Shown here one piece after another: positions 1-13,200 of a DNA stretch of 64,000 nucleotides (the stretch's first letter is position 1; each line of letters opens with the position of its first letter). The stretch is from Tubiluchus corallicola. Taxonomy: Eukaryota > Animalia > Priapulida. The notes under the pieces are model-generated. The model searched no databases. It worked only from the letters and a program-made list of their open reading frames with translations, and was not told where the DNA came from. The DNA lies in contig JAQGDQ010000095.1 in NCBI GenBank assembly GCA_030141605.1, forward strand, positions 1 through 64,000, read 5' to 3'. The position numbers were made by a program, and so were the translations under genes.

Positions 1-266
1 ATCTTAAATTTATACAGGTAAACGTATAACTTTGTCTTATAACAAAAGTTGTTGGGAAATTTCTGTATTGCGTGAGCTTAATTTGGATATTTTGCAGTTT
101 ATCTGTGCTGGCTGGTTTCCAAACGCCATTAAATAGTGTATGTTGGGTGGCATAACTTAGAAACTTGAGAAAAATCTCGGGACTTCTCAGTTCTAACAGC
201 CACTTTATATTTTTTGTGCCTTGAGTAAGACTTGTTTGTGTTTCGTGTATTCGTTGTATGAAACGA

Positions 267-575
267 CTAGCTGAATTAATTACCTGGTTTCGCCCGGAGC
301 AAATTTGACGTAATCTATCAAGTGAAAACAGTATTTGCAGAATGTACGCCCGTGGCATGTGCAATAGTTCTCTGCCGCGGAGCGATTCTCTAAAAAATAT
401 GCGGCAAAAATATTATCTAGTTCATTAAATGGACACTTAGTACGCAGTTTTGGCCGCCAAATTGGGAGGGAATGGCGGTGACATAATTGACATTAGACCA
501 AAAACTTCCCATGACTACGATGATTCTTATCGTACATACACATACACGGACAACTATATTTAGTAGAATGACTAA
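267..575 (+). mobile_element. Possible non-autonomous Helitron/HINE-like element
   Basis: Starts ACTAGCTG...TACCTGGTTTCGCCCGG and ends with a CATACA microsatellite plus TATATTTAGTAGAATGACTAAG, resembling my recollection of HINE/DINE-type ends. Confidence 0.3.
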
Positions 576-1636
576 GAATTACTTAAGAAGTACTATTTTG
601 GACGTTATTTTGGTGTGTATTGGGGGGGGGGGGTCTGTGAGGTATTAGATTTATTAGAACCAACAATAATGATATAATGATTCTTCATGGCATCTCCTGT
701 ATTATCGTGCTAGGCAAAGAAAATATGAGCAATCCTGATGATTTTATGAACATTCCTGTTGGGGCCTAGACTAATTCTCTGATATCACAATATTCTACTA
801 TCAAACATCTTCTTCAGTCTGAGATCTTCATGTCATGTCAAAAAAGTCGCTCATGTCGTATTAACTCAAGATCTAAAAAAGCTTCTGATATAGCAGAATC
901 AATCTGTTTGCTCCTTTTACACCTTCCTGCTACAAGTAGAACACTAATGCCTACTGTCTGTCACTAATAAATTAGTTACAAGTTTATATTTTTATGACCC
1001 GTATTTATATTTTCATTTTTTACGATAGTCTCTTACACCTAGTGGCCTTGTTCGGGGTGATTTGTATAAATTTGTAAATTGCGAATTTCAATGTTGCATT
1101 TGTAACTTTTACTACAAATTTTACTGTGAGTGGCATTACAAAGCGTTAAATTATTTAACCGATTACAAATTCAGTCAAGTATTTATGCGGCGTCGCAACT
1201 GCAGACATAAGTCATGTCACATGCACTAGCTTCACAGGCATTTGTGAGAAGCCGCATGTCATGCTGTTTCGTGATGAAACAGCACATGCTGAATATATAT
1301 ATGTATCCGACAGAGTTACAAAAACTGCATTTGTCTTCAGAAGCGTTTATGTCATTTTTAGTCAAAATGACACAAGAAAAGGTAACCATGGCTTAGATAC
1401 ACTAGTACCTAATAAAAGTCCGTAATTTGTATCCTTCCGTGATTTCGAAATCCGAGGCTGCGAACGCTTTACAAGAAAACGCAATTCTTTTTGCGAGGCA
1501 ACGGAATACTTTTCGAAATATTTAAATTTTTTTTCTAATGTCGACTTACGTGCTCCGTACCTTACGGGTTCCATATTACATAACAAATTTAAAAAATTCA
1601 AACCAATCATACTCCAAAGATTATCAGAAGTTGGGA

Positions 1637-1880
<244 letters not shown>

Positions 1881-2314
1881 TTTGTTTTCTGAACTACTGA
1901 TACAAAGTGGACGTAATGACGAATCATTTTAATTAACTAGGAATTTTCTTTTTTCTTAACCCGATCCCGTTGACAAGCAGGTTTAACACACATTAGATTG
2001 TTGCTTATTCCAATTTTTTGAAACACTTGTGAACCGTGAGATTTATTCAGTATAATACGGTTGTGATGTCACTGGCAGAGGCAGCCTCGGTGCCAGCGAT
2101 GACGACGATGGCGATGGTGGGTGATGATGGTGGATAACAAATTGTAGCTACACCAACTCTCACATCTGCTTCACAACACTGACACTAAAGTGACATGCCA
2201 TGTAGTAAAATTACTACTGAATTAACGAAAATTCGAATTATAGAAAAGGAAAATAAATTGTTAAATTGTTACATTACAAATTAACAAAGTTTAGGCGTAA
2301 CTGTATCCAATAAT

Positions 2315-3052
2315 TTAAAGCAAAGAGACCACTGTATTGAAATTTGTACAAAAGCTAATAGAGTTATTAATATGATTTTCCGCATTTTTAGTACATGTAA
2401 CCAGGAGGCACTCCTCAGAGCATATAAAGTTTATGTTAGGCCAAATTTTACAGTATTGTTTGCCTGCATGGCACCCGAGTAAATGCGGTGACATGGACAT
2501 AGTTGGAAAGGTTCAGCGGTATTTTAACCGCAGACTTTTTTACAGATGCAATATAAATCATGTCAGCTATCTGGAATGGCTAAATATTTTAGGATTAAAC
2601 ATTCTGGAGAGGCGCCGCCTTGAAGCAGATTTAGTCATGTGCTATAAAATTGTTCATAAAGCGCTGTATCTAGATTTTGACAAATTTTTTACCAAAGCAA
2701 TTGTCAAAAAAACTAAAGTAACCATTGGCTCAAACTCTTTGTTAGACGTAGGGAAAAAAAAGCTTTTGGTGACTTTTTTTCGAACAAGGCTGTCCTGTCT
2801 AAAACAGCTTACCCGCACAAGTATATGGTTTCCACTTGTAACAGCGCAGACCACAAAACTTTTTAAAATTAGATTAGATGCTGTGGACTTAAATAGAGTT
2901 TTGCTGTGTGATAGGCGCTTATAAGTAGGCAATTTTGCCTCTGAGCGTCTCCCCCACATCATTGATTTGATGATTTTTTATATAAACATTTGCTTTTTAA
3001 TTATTGTTTGTGTGTGATGTGAAATAAATTAAAATTAAATTAAATTAAAAAA
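2315..3052 (+). mobile_element. 3' fragment of a CR1/L2-like LINE (degenerate ORF2 C-terminus)
   Basis: Frameshifted YKVYVRP..LQYCLPAWHP..KVQRYFNRRL..SY..L..LGL..LERRRLEADLVMCYKIV, typical of the post-RT region; ends in AATAAA and (TAAAT)n. Confidence 0.8.
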
Positions 3053-3851
3053 TTGTATATCGAAATTAGCCAAACATAGCAACTACCAAGAATGACTTTA
3101 GCCTAGTTCACTATAAATTATGACAACGATGCGTGCAGGCCCAGTTCGTCAAGGATTTGGACATGCATTGGAAACGAATGTTTGTCTAGAGGCAAGTCTA
3201 ACAGGAAACAAGCACATATTGTTCATTCAAAATTTAAACTTACAAAGACCGAAAAGTGACTTATTCTGCGACTAGGACTGCACCTATGGAATTGACTAGA
3301 ACAAGAAAGACCTCGGTACGGACGCTCACGTAGATTTGCCATTAAACGGACAAGTGGTTTGCCAACGGCAATAATTTGCACAGTACCGCAAAAACTGCCG
3401 CCATTCTATATCAAACAGATGTATCGTCGGCGTACACACAATGTGCAGGTGAGGCACCTAGCGGACAGATTATTATACATCTGCTTAATATAATCGTGAA
3501 TTCTATTAAACAAAAGCAGTTTTATAATTATAAAAACCTCTGCGCTATTTTTAGGTCCTTGCATTTTTCACAGAATTTCAATTATTCTAATGGCTTCGGC
3601 GATTTAGGCGGTTAGTGGCTTCGTTCATTCGTATTCGTCTCACGTTCCCGAAGGAATTGCGTCGGTTCGGTTCGAAAGAAAACGTCATGTATCAGACGTC
3701 AGCGCAAGGAACTCATTAAAGCTGGATTACCTGCTGATCTGTGGCTTACTATCATCCCGTTGTTATCTCACTTCAATGCGATTCTGAATGTGGTCTCCAA
3801 ATTAACTTGACAAGCACGCTAACCGATTTACGTATGTTTCTTCGAGGATAC

Positions 3852-3871
3852 TGACGTCATTTGCATATAAA
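3852..3871 (+). promoter_or_regulatory. Putative TPH core promoter: overlapping CRE, octamer and TATA box
   Basis: TGACGTCA (3852-3859), ATTTGCAT (3859-3866), TATAAA (3866-3871), about 380 bp upstream of the first in-frame ATG. Confidence 0.6.
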
Positions 3872-4252
3872 TGTAGATAATATTCATTACTAGTGGCATT
3901 TGCGCTGACTAACTGCCTTAGGTTTTCATTCATAAATGCGAATCAGTACTGTCATTTATGTTTTTATTCCTTTTTATTCATTTTGGCAGTTCGCCTATAT
4001 TTGAGTTTGAATTTCCTTGTATTTTTTTGAATTCTTCACTTGTGTATTGACCATGCCTCCTTTCATAGATCCCACATTTAGCTGCTTTCTCGTTTTGGGC
4101 TAGCTGTCTAACCATCTAGCTGACGGCTTGATAAATTAGCTGAACGGCTTCTTTGAGTATTTACGGTAATGCCTTGCCTTACTTCTTCATTTATACTGCT
4201 TAGATCATATAAAATTATCGCATTTTTATTTCAGGAAAGAGATGAAAAAGAA

Positions 4253-7200
4253 ATGATTGATAATGTGCTTATGCTTCATGAACACGAGACAACATCGCTG
4301 GTATTTTCCTTAAAAAATCATGTGGGTGGGTTGGCAAAAGTGTTACGAGTGTTTCAGGTACTGCTTATTATCGCAAAATTAAATATTAAGTTAATCATTC
4401 ATATTATAAAGTCATTTGTAGCCATAAAAAGTAGTATATTTTGTTGCTGATATGTTGCGTACACAAACTTTTGTTGCTATCTTGTTACATTGCCTATAGT
4501 TATGTCACAATGATGAAGTACATGTGCGAGCTCCTTTTGACAGAATGCATTTTACAAAAATAATTTTGACTCTGTTTTCCCCTAGAAGCACGGTATTAAT
4601 GTTGTTCACATCGAATCACGAAAACCAAAAAGGCAAGATTCGGAAACGGAGATTTTTGTGGGATTGGATTCTGAACAGGCTAAGTTTGATGATCTGATTC
4701 AGGAAGTGCAAAAGGAAGTGACGTCACTAACTATACACGGCGTAAAACAAAAGATTCCAGCAACACCAACATCAACGCATAAAGATGGAAAGCAATGTAA
4801 ACCATAATTACTCGATTAATATTCTGTTCACGCTGATAAGGCGTGTATGCTGTAACTTTGTCAAACTAAATACATATAAGTTCTTTTTTATTTTTTGGCA
4901 GGGTGCCAAATGCATATACATATGTATGTACATAAAAGCTTTAAAATTGAGGGAATACCTAAAAATGGAAGGTCTGAGAGACACAAATAAAAGACCTGCC
5001 TAAAAATAAAAAGTAGTATATTTTGTTGCTGATATGTTGCGTACACAAACTTTTGTTGCTATCTTGTTACATTGCCTATAGTTATGTCACAATGATGAAG
5101 TACATGTGCGAGCTCCTTTTGACAGAATGCATTTTACAAAAATAATTTTGACTCTGTTTTCCCCTAGAAGCACGGTATTAATGTTGTTCACATCGAATCA
5201 CGAAAACCAAAAAGGCAAGATTCGGAAACGGAGATTTTTGTGGGATTGGATTCTGAACAGGCTAAGTTTGATGATCTGATTCAGGAAGTGCAAAAGGAAG
5301 TGACGTCACTAACTATACACGGCGTAAAACAAAAGATTCCAGCAACACCAACATCAACGCATAAAGATGGAAAGCAATGTAAACCATAATTACTCGATTA
5401 ATATTCTGTTCACGCTGATAAGGCGTGTATGCTGTAACTTTGTCAAACTAAATACATATAAGTTCTTTTTTATTTTTTGGCAGGGTGCCAAATGCATATA
5501 CATATGTATGTACATAAAAGCTTTAAAATTGAGGGAATACCTAAAAATGGAAGGTCTGAGAGACACAAATAAAAGACCTGCCTAAAAAGCGGCAAGAAAA
5601 AGTAGAGGTATCATCGCATGGAGAAAATATTAACGCATGGAGAAATGTGAAAATGAGCCGCGCATTTCAATTAACAAAGCCTGTCTATTTTGCAATTTCT
5701 GACGTAAATTTGTCGACAATGGTTATTATTTTCACGCAGTTTGCGTCAGAATGATATCACTTGCGTTTTGATTAGAAATTTTTTTAATCAAGAATCTTAC
5801 AGGCTTTTGCAGCACGTACTGTAATTTCAGCGAAGATTACTTAGTATAGAATGATTTGAGTCACGTTACACTTCTCTGTTTTCTTTGGTCCCCTCTTTGT
5901 GTTTGGTGGTGCAATTCCTGTTCGCAACGTAGTTCTTAGGTATGCTAAGAGGAACAAGTAGTACAGTCAGATCTAAAACACCCATATCAAAATGAGCTTT
6001 TTTGTCGCTTTTTAGTCGCCTTGATAACCCTACAGAATAAGGAAATGGAAAAACGTCTATATTCAACCCAAAAATAAAAATAAATGAATAAAAATAGAAG
6101 AGTAACTAAAACTCAATTCTTGGATTTTGTATTAATTTACAAACCTGTAAAAAGTGCGCAGAGAAAATCACAAAAGAGAAAAAAATCATTAAATACAGTG
6201 ACTAATTAAGCTAGTACACACACTGCGTGAGGAAAGCACAAAGCATAAGTAAAAACGCAGCAGCCTCCAGAAGACCATAAATAAATGAGTATGATGTTAT
6301 GGTAAAATGTAAAAACACAGCAGAAAAGACACCGTCCATACTATTTTGTTATTCTTAGTAAAGCTTGAAAGTCATTGTCCAACATTAGTCAGCATACGAC
6401 ATTATCCAATGAGGGACTATGCTATTATTTAAGTTTACCTCACTTTCATTAATTTTTATTTCTAGTTGAGTTTGTTGAAGGAATGGTTTGGTTTCCAAAG
6501 AAAATTTCTGACTTGGATATTACGGCCAAGCGAGTGCTAGTATACGGAGCGGAACTGGATGCTGATCATCCCGTAAGAAAAAACTTGAAAGCTTGTATCA
6601 CTTCCCCTTATCCCTACGCAGACGCAGTGGTTAAGATGTTTACCTGAAGTCTGTTTATCTGTCCTGTACGGTTGCGCCTTATCTCGAATGCAACCAGTGA
6701 CAATAGTATTGAAATTTACATTGACATTATAATGAAATTTACTAGACAAATTTCTTTACATGCTCGATCTGCTGCATTTGTGAGGCTAACAGGTAAAAAG
6801 CCAACGTCATTAAATTACGTTTTTCACAAATAAAAATTATCTGTCGATCTGCAATACATTTTAATAAATATAATCAATGATTGTCATAAACATAGTCTAA
6901 CAGACTAAAAGTCACTCATGCAACCTTGTTTCGGAAGTTAAAGGAACAAACAGCAATCTCAGAAATTCAGTCTTGTAAAATCCTACCTTGTCCACACACG
7001 TTTGGAAAATGAATGTGGCTGAGACACTCTTCTTAGTAGCATACTCTAGAATAGCTAGTGAAAGTAACAGGTTAATATTAAAACCGCACAGCCAATTTTA
7101 TATTTTTCGCAAACTAGTGATAAAAACGAAAAAACAGAAAAGATGATAAAGTTCCTTAGTAAGCCGAGTTGGGATTAGTTCCTAAAAGTGCAGTTATACC

Positions 7201-10200
7201 TCACATACGTAAAATTGCAAGTATATTGTAATTTTAAAATCAGAGAAATAAAATTTCGAAAAGTAGCAGAGTTTACCCAAATCTCCCAAAAAAACTGATA
7301 ACATTTGTATTAGATGCGCCAACCGTGCGTCGCAAAAATCAACTTGCCGATTTGCCATTTCACGTATTTTGCTCAGCAAGCTGTAAAATTTCCACTTCTC
7401 TACAGAACTGAGGGGGCTTACACTTTGTCGCCAGCATAAAATGTGTTAATTCTATACTTTCCTGAGTTTCTTCTAAAAAATTTTAAAGTAAAGAACAAAT
7501 CATTCAGTATGTTGGGTTTATTTTACTGTTATCATTTAAAGTTAGAAAAATATAACAAAGAAATTTGCAAAGAACTGTCGATAAAGCATAAATTTAAAAT
7601 ATGCTACTTCTGAATAGAAATTTTCAGGCACGGTGATTGCCGCCATTCCCTTAAAAATCACGACGTAACTGGGAGACGTGAGTTTTCGTAAGCGCGTCAT
7701 GGCTTTCCGTAAGCGACGACCGCTGTTCAAATTTCCCCAGCTTGCCTAATGTTCACTAAAAGTATTACAAAATTAGCTGTCTTGTAAAAACTTCTTAGAC
7801 TTTTTCTGAAGGCGAATGACGTCATTGGAAGAAGAATAAACATTGAAAATGGGCGCGCCCAAGCATGAAGCGATTGCGACTTCATATAGTTACACGAACC
7901 GCTTATTGCAGATTTATTACTGAATCCTAACATTTTTCGGGAACAGTGAAATAAAAGTAACCATCTAGAAAAATTGGCCTTTCCTTTAAATATCATAGTT
8001 ATAATCAATGTTTTACAATTTCAGGGTTTTAAAGATCCCGTGTACCGCCAAAGACGCAAATATTTTGGAGATTTGGCTTTGAATTACAAACAGTAAGCAG
8101 TCATAATTACAAAAAATGTATTTAGAAATATTTTAGAGAAAAATAATATGAACTTAAAAATGCATTGATGTTGCCGCCACTGCCATTATCGTTATCGTGA
8201 TTGTTGTTTCTAATACACGCGTTATCTTTGCTTCTGTATCGATACATTGTGTTGCAGTTATCAAGCCTACCGCTTTCTCGCTGGTATTACCTTCATTGTC
8301 GTTATTGTTTTTTATATTGTCACAGTGGCGCATACGATGCAAAAATCTCTGTGCATACGATGCAAAAAAAGAGCTCGATAAATGCTATTTTACCAAATTT
8401 GTTGCACATATATTTTTATTAAATATTAGTCGCACGCGCCAAAAACATATCTGCAACAAACAGCCTGATGCAACTGTCTCCGACAAAATTTACCCGCACA
8501 TGGTAACTTTTGTATGGAACAAATTGTGTCATGGGCAACTTCAGTAAACAGTTATTAGATAACACGTGACTAGACAATTGCTTTTTATTTATTGCAGATT
8601 TTTATCGCATGCGCCCTGTAAAATGTGTTTACTTTTCTGTTTCAGACAAATTCATCCTGTTCTCGTGTGCCGACTCGGTACAAAAATTTGTGTCAAATTA
8701 AATCAGAGTAGACCAATAAAAAGTAATCGTTTAGTCACATGATACAATTTGCTTCATACAAAAATTGCAGTGTGCGAGCAAATGTTGTCTGAGACGGTTA
8801 AGACAGTATTAAATTGCGTTAGCGTCGTTGGACGTCCACCTGCGAACAAAATTTTAAATGTAGTATAGTTGGCACCGATTTCCTGTGCCATCAACGCTTT
8901 TATCTAATTCTAACGCCTCCGTATTACATAGTTTCATGTCCGATAAATATCATATCCTGCAAACGTGTCTCTTGCAATAACTCCTAACTGCACAATAAAC
9001 ATGAGCAAATGCAGAGACGTGTAATAAACACAACACTGATTGCATATTGTTCAGTTTGTGTGCAGAAACTCCACGACTGAGATGAAATAAGTGCAGAAAA
9101 AGCACAATATTCGCTCTTTGAAGTGAATCCTACGAAAATTATTGTAGCTGAAAGACCCTATTTCGCTGTTTGTCGTTTAGACATGCTTTTTAGAGTCACT
9201 TTTAACGTTGCACTGACATATGCGCGACTAAAAAATGCCCAGCAATGTAATACAAGTAATTTATGAATAGATCAAGTTAAGTTATATTGTATAATGAATG
9301 ACCATGTTTTTAGTTTGAAAATCTACTCAAAGTAACTACTGTTTCTCTTACAGTGGTGACCCAATTCCAAGGGTAAAATATACTGAAGAAGAAGTCAAAA
9401 CTTGGTATGTTATTTTCTGTCTAACCTCCACACAAATTGTGCTACATGTAAGTTACAGAAGTTTCAGCTTGGATTTTTTAAATATTTTTTAGTAGTCACA
9501 ACATCTTATTCAAATATTTATCGTCCTCGTCTCTAGATTTCTTTATTTTCCTCAGTCTTCGCTACATTACTGTTATTAGCTAACAAGTTCGAACTCGAAC
9601 TATTGGTCGAGACACTCACTGAACCTGAGACTATGATCAAAAATCTGGCTTCCTCAATGGATGAAATTTGTCCAAAGTTCTACAACAATCCATTGCGAAG
9701 TGGTAGAGCCGTAGGCTTCTTCGAGAATGATATTATTGCTGCCATATTGAATTCAAAATGGCAGATCGAAATTTCCACTCCGCCAGTCGATGCAGCTTTC
9801 GTTCTAATATATTCGTGACGATCCGTTTCAAATTTGGCAGAGCCATAGACTATTTTTAAAGATCCCCAAGAGCAACAAGGTGCAGAAAAGTAGCCGTTCG
9901 GGTCAAGTCCTTCGACCAATAACGATTGGTCTTCGCTTTTACACCTCTTTGCATTCTGCACATGCTAACTGCTTTGCTATTCTTTTTTATCTACTGAGTT
10001 GTAATCTTCTTCTCTCCTTGACAGTCAATATTTCTGATTAATGTGCGTGTAGCAATTAGTCGTCAGTTAGAATGTTCTAGTAACTTTTTTTACTGTATTT
10101 GGTTTATTCATACAGCGTATATGCGTGCACCTACGTTGCGTTACTATGATTGTCAACACCGTCACTATCTTCTCGACTTCGCATTTTGTCCTTTAGAAGC

Positions 10201-13200
10201 AAAGCTGTAACATATCCATCGTTCAGCATTACTATCACGATGCCACCACTATCATCGTCGTCGTCATCACCATTACCTACTGTCCCTGCCACTGTCATGC
10301 AGATACAGCGGTAACAATGCTTAGACAGGTGCACGTTTTCATTACTATTTTGTTCCCTTTGCTTAAATAATATGACGATAAAACGCAATCTAATTTCCAG
10401 TGTTACTGTGAAGCACATTAAAGCAGACACTTTCATTTTAATTTGTTTTGATTGCAGGGGAACCATTTTTTCTGGTTTAAAGGAATTGTACGCTAAATAT
10501 GCTTGCAACGAGTACAACGAGTTGCTTCCTCTTCTGGAAAAAGAATGCGGATATAGAGTGGACAATATACCTCAACTAGAGGATATTTCAAAATTTTTGA
10601 AAAGTGAGCAATTTTAGAATGTGATATGTAAACCAACACCGAGTGGCTTGTCTAGAACACGTAAACTGGCCGCATTGCGTGCACAGGGATGCTTTTTAAA
10701 CAGCTGATTTTGAGTTGATCTTCCGTAAAAGTACTTTTTGTATTTTGTTTTATTTACGTACCATCCAGCCGGTTCACTACTTACAGATCTGGCTGTTTTC
10801 AATTTCAGCTCGTACTGGTTTTCAGTTGCGTCCTGTTGCTGGTTATTTGTCTGCTCGTGATTTCCTAGCAGGACTGGCATTTCGAGTCTTTCACTGTACG
10901 CAGTATATCCGGCATAGTTCAGATCCTGTATACACACCTGAACCGTACGTTTACCTGTTTTAAATCTCTTATGAATGTGCTTTTACTAACAAATTGCAAA
11001 ACAACATATTTGATAACATTATATTATACCATTTAACGAAATTCTTTCTAGTGCCGACTGTTCTCTAGAGCAGTGTTCTTAACCTTTTTTGCCCCATGTA
11101 CCCATTTCACGAAAGTCATTTCTCTGTCTTTCCAAGATTGTCTCACTTTTTAGTACATTGCCCATGTGTCATTTTTGTCTTTTCAGAATGTCATCCCTTC
11201 TTTCTAAGATGTTCTGATTCTATTAATATTAGTACATTCTAGATTTTATTTGAGAATCTTTATAGTATGTGGTTCTTATAAATTTAATAACAATTATCAG
11301 AAAATGATGTATTTGAAAGCTTGAACAGAAATAGTTTTTGACTGTATGACGTTCTGCATTCTTCAGATTAGGTAGACATTGTATAATTGTAGTTTGTTGA
11401 ACATCAATACTCCAACAGTTTGAGCCTGTCAGTCTGTAGTCCCAATTCTAACTTGAAAAGCTAAAACTCTCCCTTGGGGCACTCCCCTTGGTTGAGAACC
11501 ACTGCTCTAGAGTCAGCATACTGAGCATAGCATTTGACAAATTGGCCAGAATGCCACTCAATTATTTTACTTTTTTGCAGAGACTGCGTTCATGAATTAC
11601 TTGGACATATGCCGCTCCTTGCAGATCCTAGCTTTGCACAATTCTCACAAGAGCTTGGCTTAGTTTCATTAGGCGCATCACACGAGGAAGTGATGAAACT
11701 TGCTACGGTAGGTTTGTCATCATATCGCTCTTAAAGCGAGTGCAGAGCAGCTTTGTAAGCTTATGGGAAAAACTGCCGTGTGTTTATAAGTCGGGAGGGT
11801 TTTATAGAAAAATAGTAACAGCAGTATTTTTATAACATGAATAATTTTATTGCTTTTAATTTCCGATTTCAGTGCTACTTCTTCAGTGTAGAGTTTGGTC
11901 TTTGTAAGCAAGATGGCGAGTTAAAAGTCTTTGGCGCAGGTCTGTTGTCATCTATTGCAGAACTAAAGGTCAGTTGCAGCCATCGAAATAAATTTTTTTT
12001 GACAAATTATCAATTAAAAGCACATTTGATATTGTCAACCAGAAACTGCTCACAATATCCAATTTTCAAGCAGCCTTGTTACTGCTGTGTTTTATTTTAG
12101 CACGTGATGACAGAAGATGTTAAAATCATTCCATTTGACCCGCAAGCAGTTATCAAGCAGGAACCCATCATAACTTCATTTCAGAACAGCTACTATTATA
12201 CTGACAGTTTTGAGGAAGCGAAGAATCATATGAGGTAAGCCATAGAAGACGCGAGGCATTGTAGTTGTTGCAGCGGTATGACACTATAGTCACATACCAC
12301 CCATAATGATCAATGAATATAATATAGCATAAGTTGTATGCTGCAGTGATATGTTTATAAACACAGTGTGCAGTAAGATGTGAGAGTCCAGACTTATTCA
12401 TTGGGAAAAAGTCCAAATTGTATGGCAATCTGATATGAAAGGACGTGATGTTCTATGTTCCGAAATGGGTTGCTTCCTGAAAGCCGTGGCTTTAACCACT
12501 AAACTGACCACTTGAGTGTCCAAAAAATGGCACTTGAAAATGAATTGAAAATTCCCAAGGTTAAAAGTAATACTTTGTACAAAAGAAATTTGCATAAATA
12601 CCACATCAGTCAGTATATACTAAACACTTTTGGTTATTATATTGAATATTTGGAAAAAGTTTATAATTCCCCAAACAATTTAAATACCCCAACTCTAACC
12701 CCAACCCTAACCCTAATCCATATCCGCTTCACCAACTAATGTCTTGTGTGCGAGAAATTGTAAACTTTAGCCAAATATTTTTTACACAAATTGCCTTAAA
12801 CGAAACCAAGGAAGGAAAAGAAAAGTCCCATGCCAGACGGGTCTGGTGTTGGGATAGATGGATATAGCTAACCATCAATCGGCTGCTTTCTTTCCGCAGT
12901 ACACAACCAGATCCTCAATTATATGAACAAATCTAGGAAGACGGACAAACAGTCCTGGCTCAAAAAACCCCGACAGTTTGTGTTTTACTTTAAAATACCT
13001 GAATGACTTCCGTGAAACATATGCTGCTTCTTAAAAGGCAGACAGTGAACATTATCTCCAATGCTAATTTCGAATATTTTGTGCCATTTTTGCAACCTTT
13101 TTAAACTGCTGCCGAATTATGCCTGGGAAAAGCTGCGGGTCTATTTTTTTCATTAATTACTTCTTTGCAATGATTAGACACAATTTTCTATTGCCATTTT

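Noticed and set aside
4785-5585. Two identical 72-aa ORFs resembling a tandem gene pair
   Set aside because: Mostly intronic sequence inside the 582-bp duplication
12690-12720. CCCTAA telomere-like repeats
   Set aside because: Only two or three degenerate units within an intron
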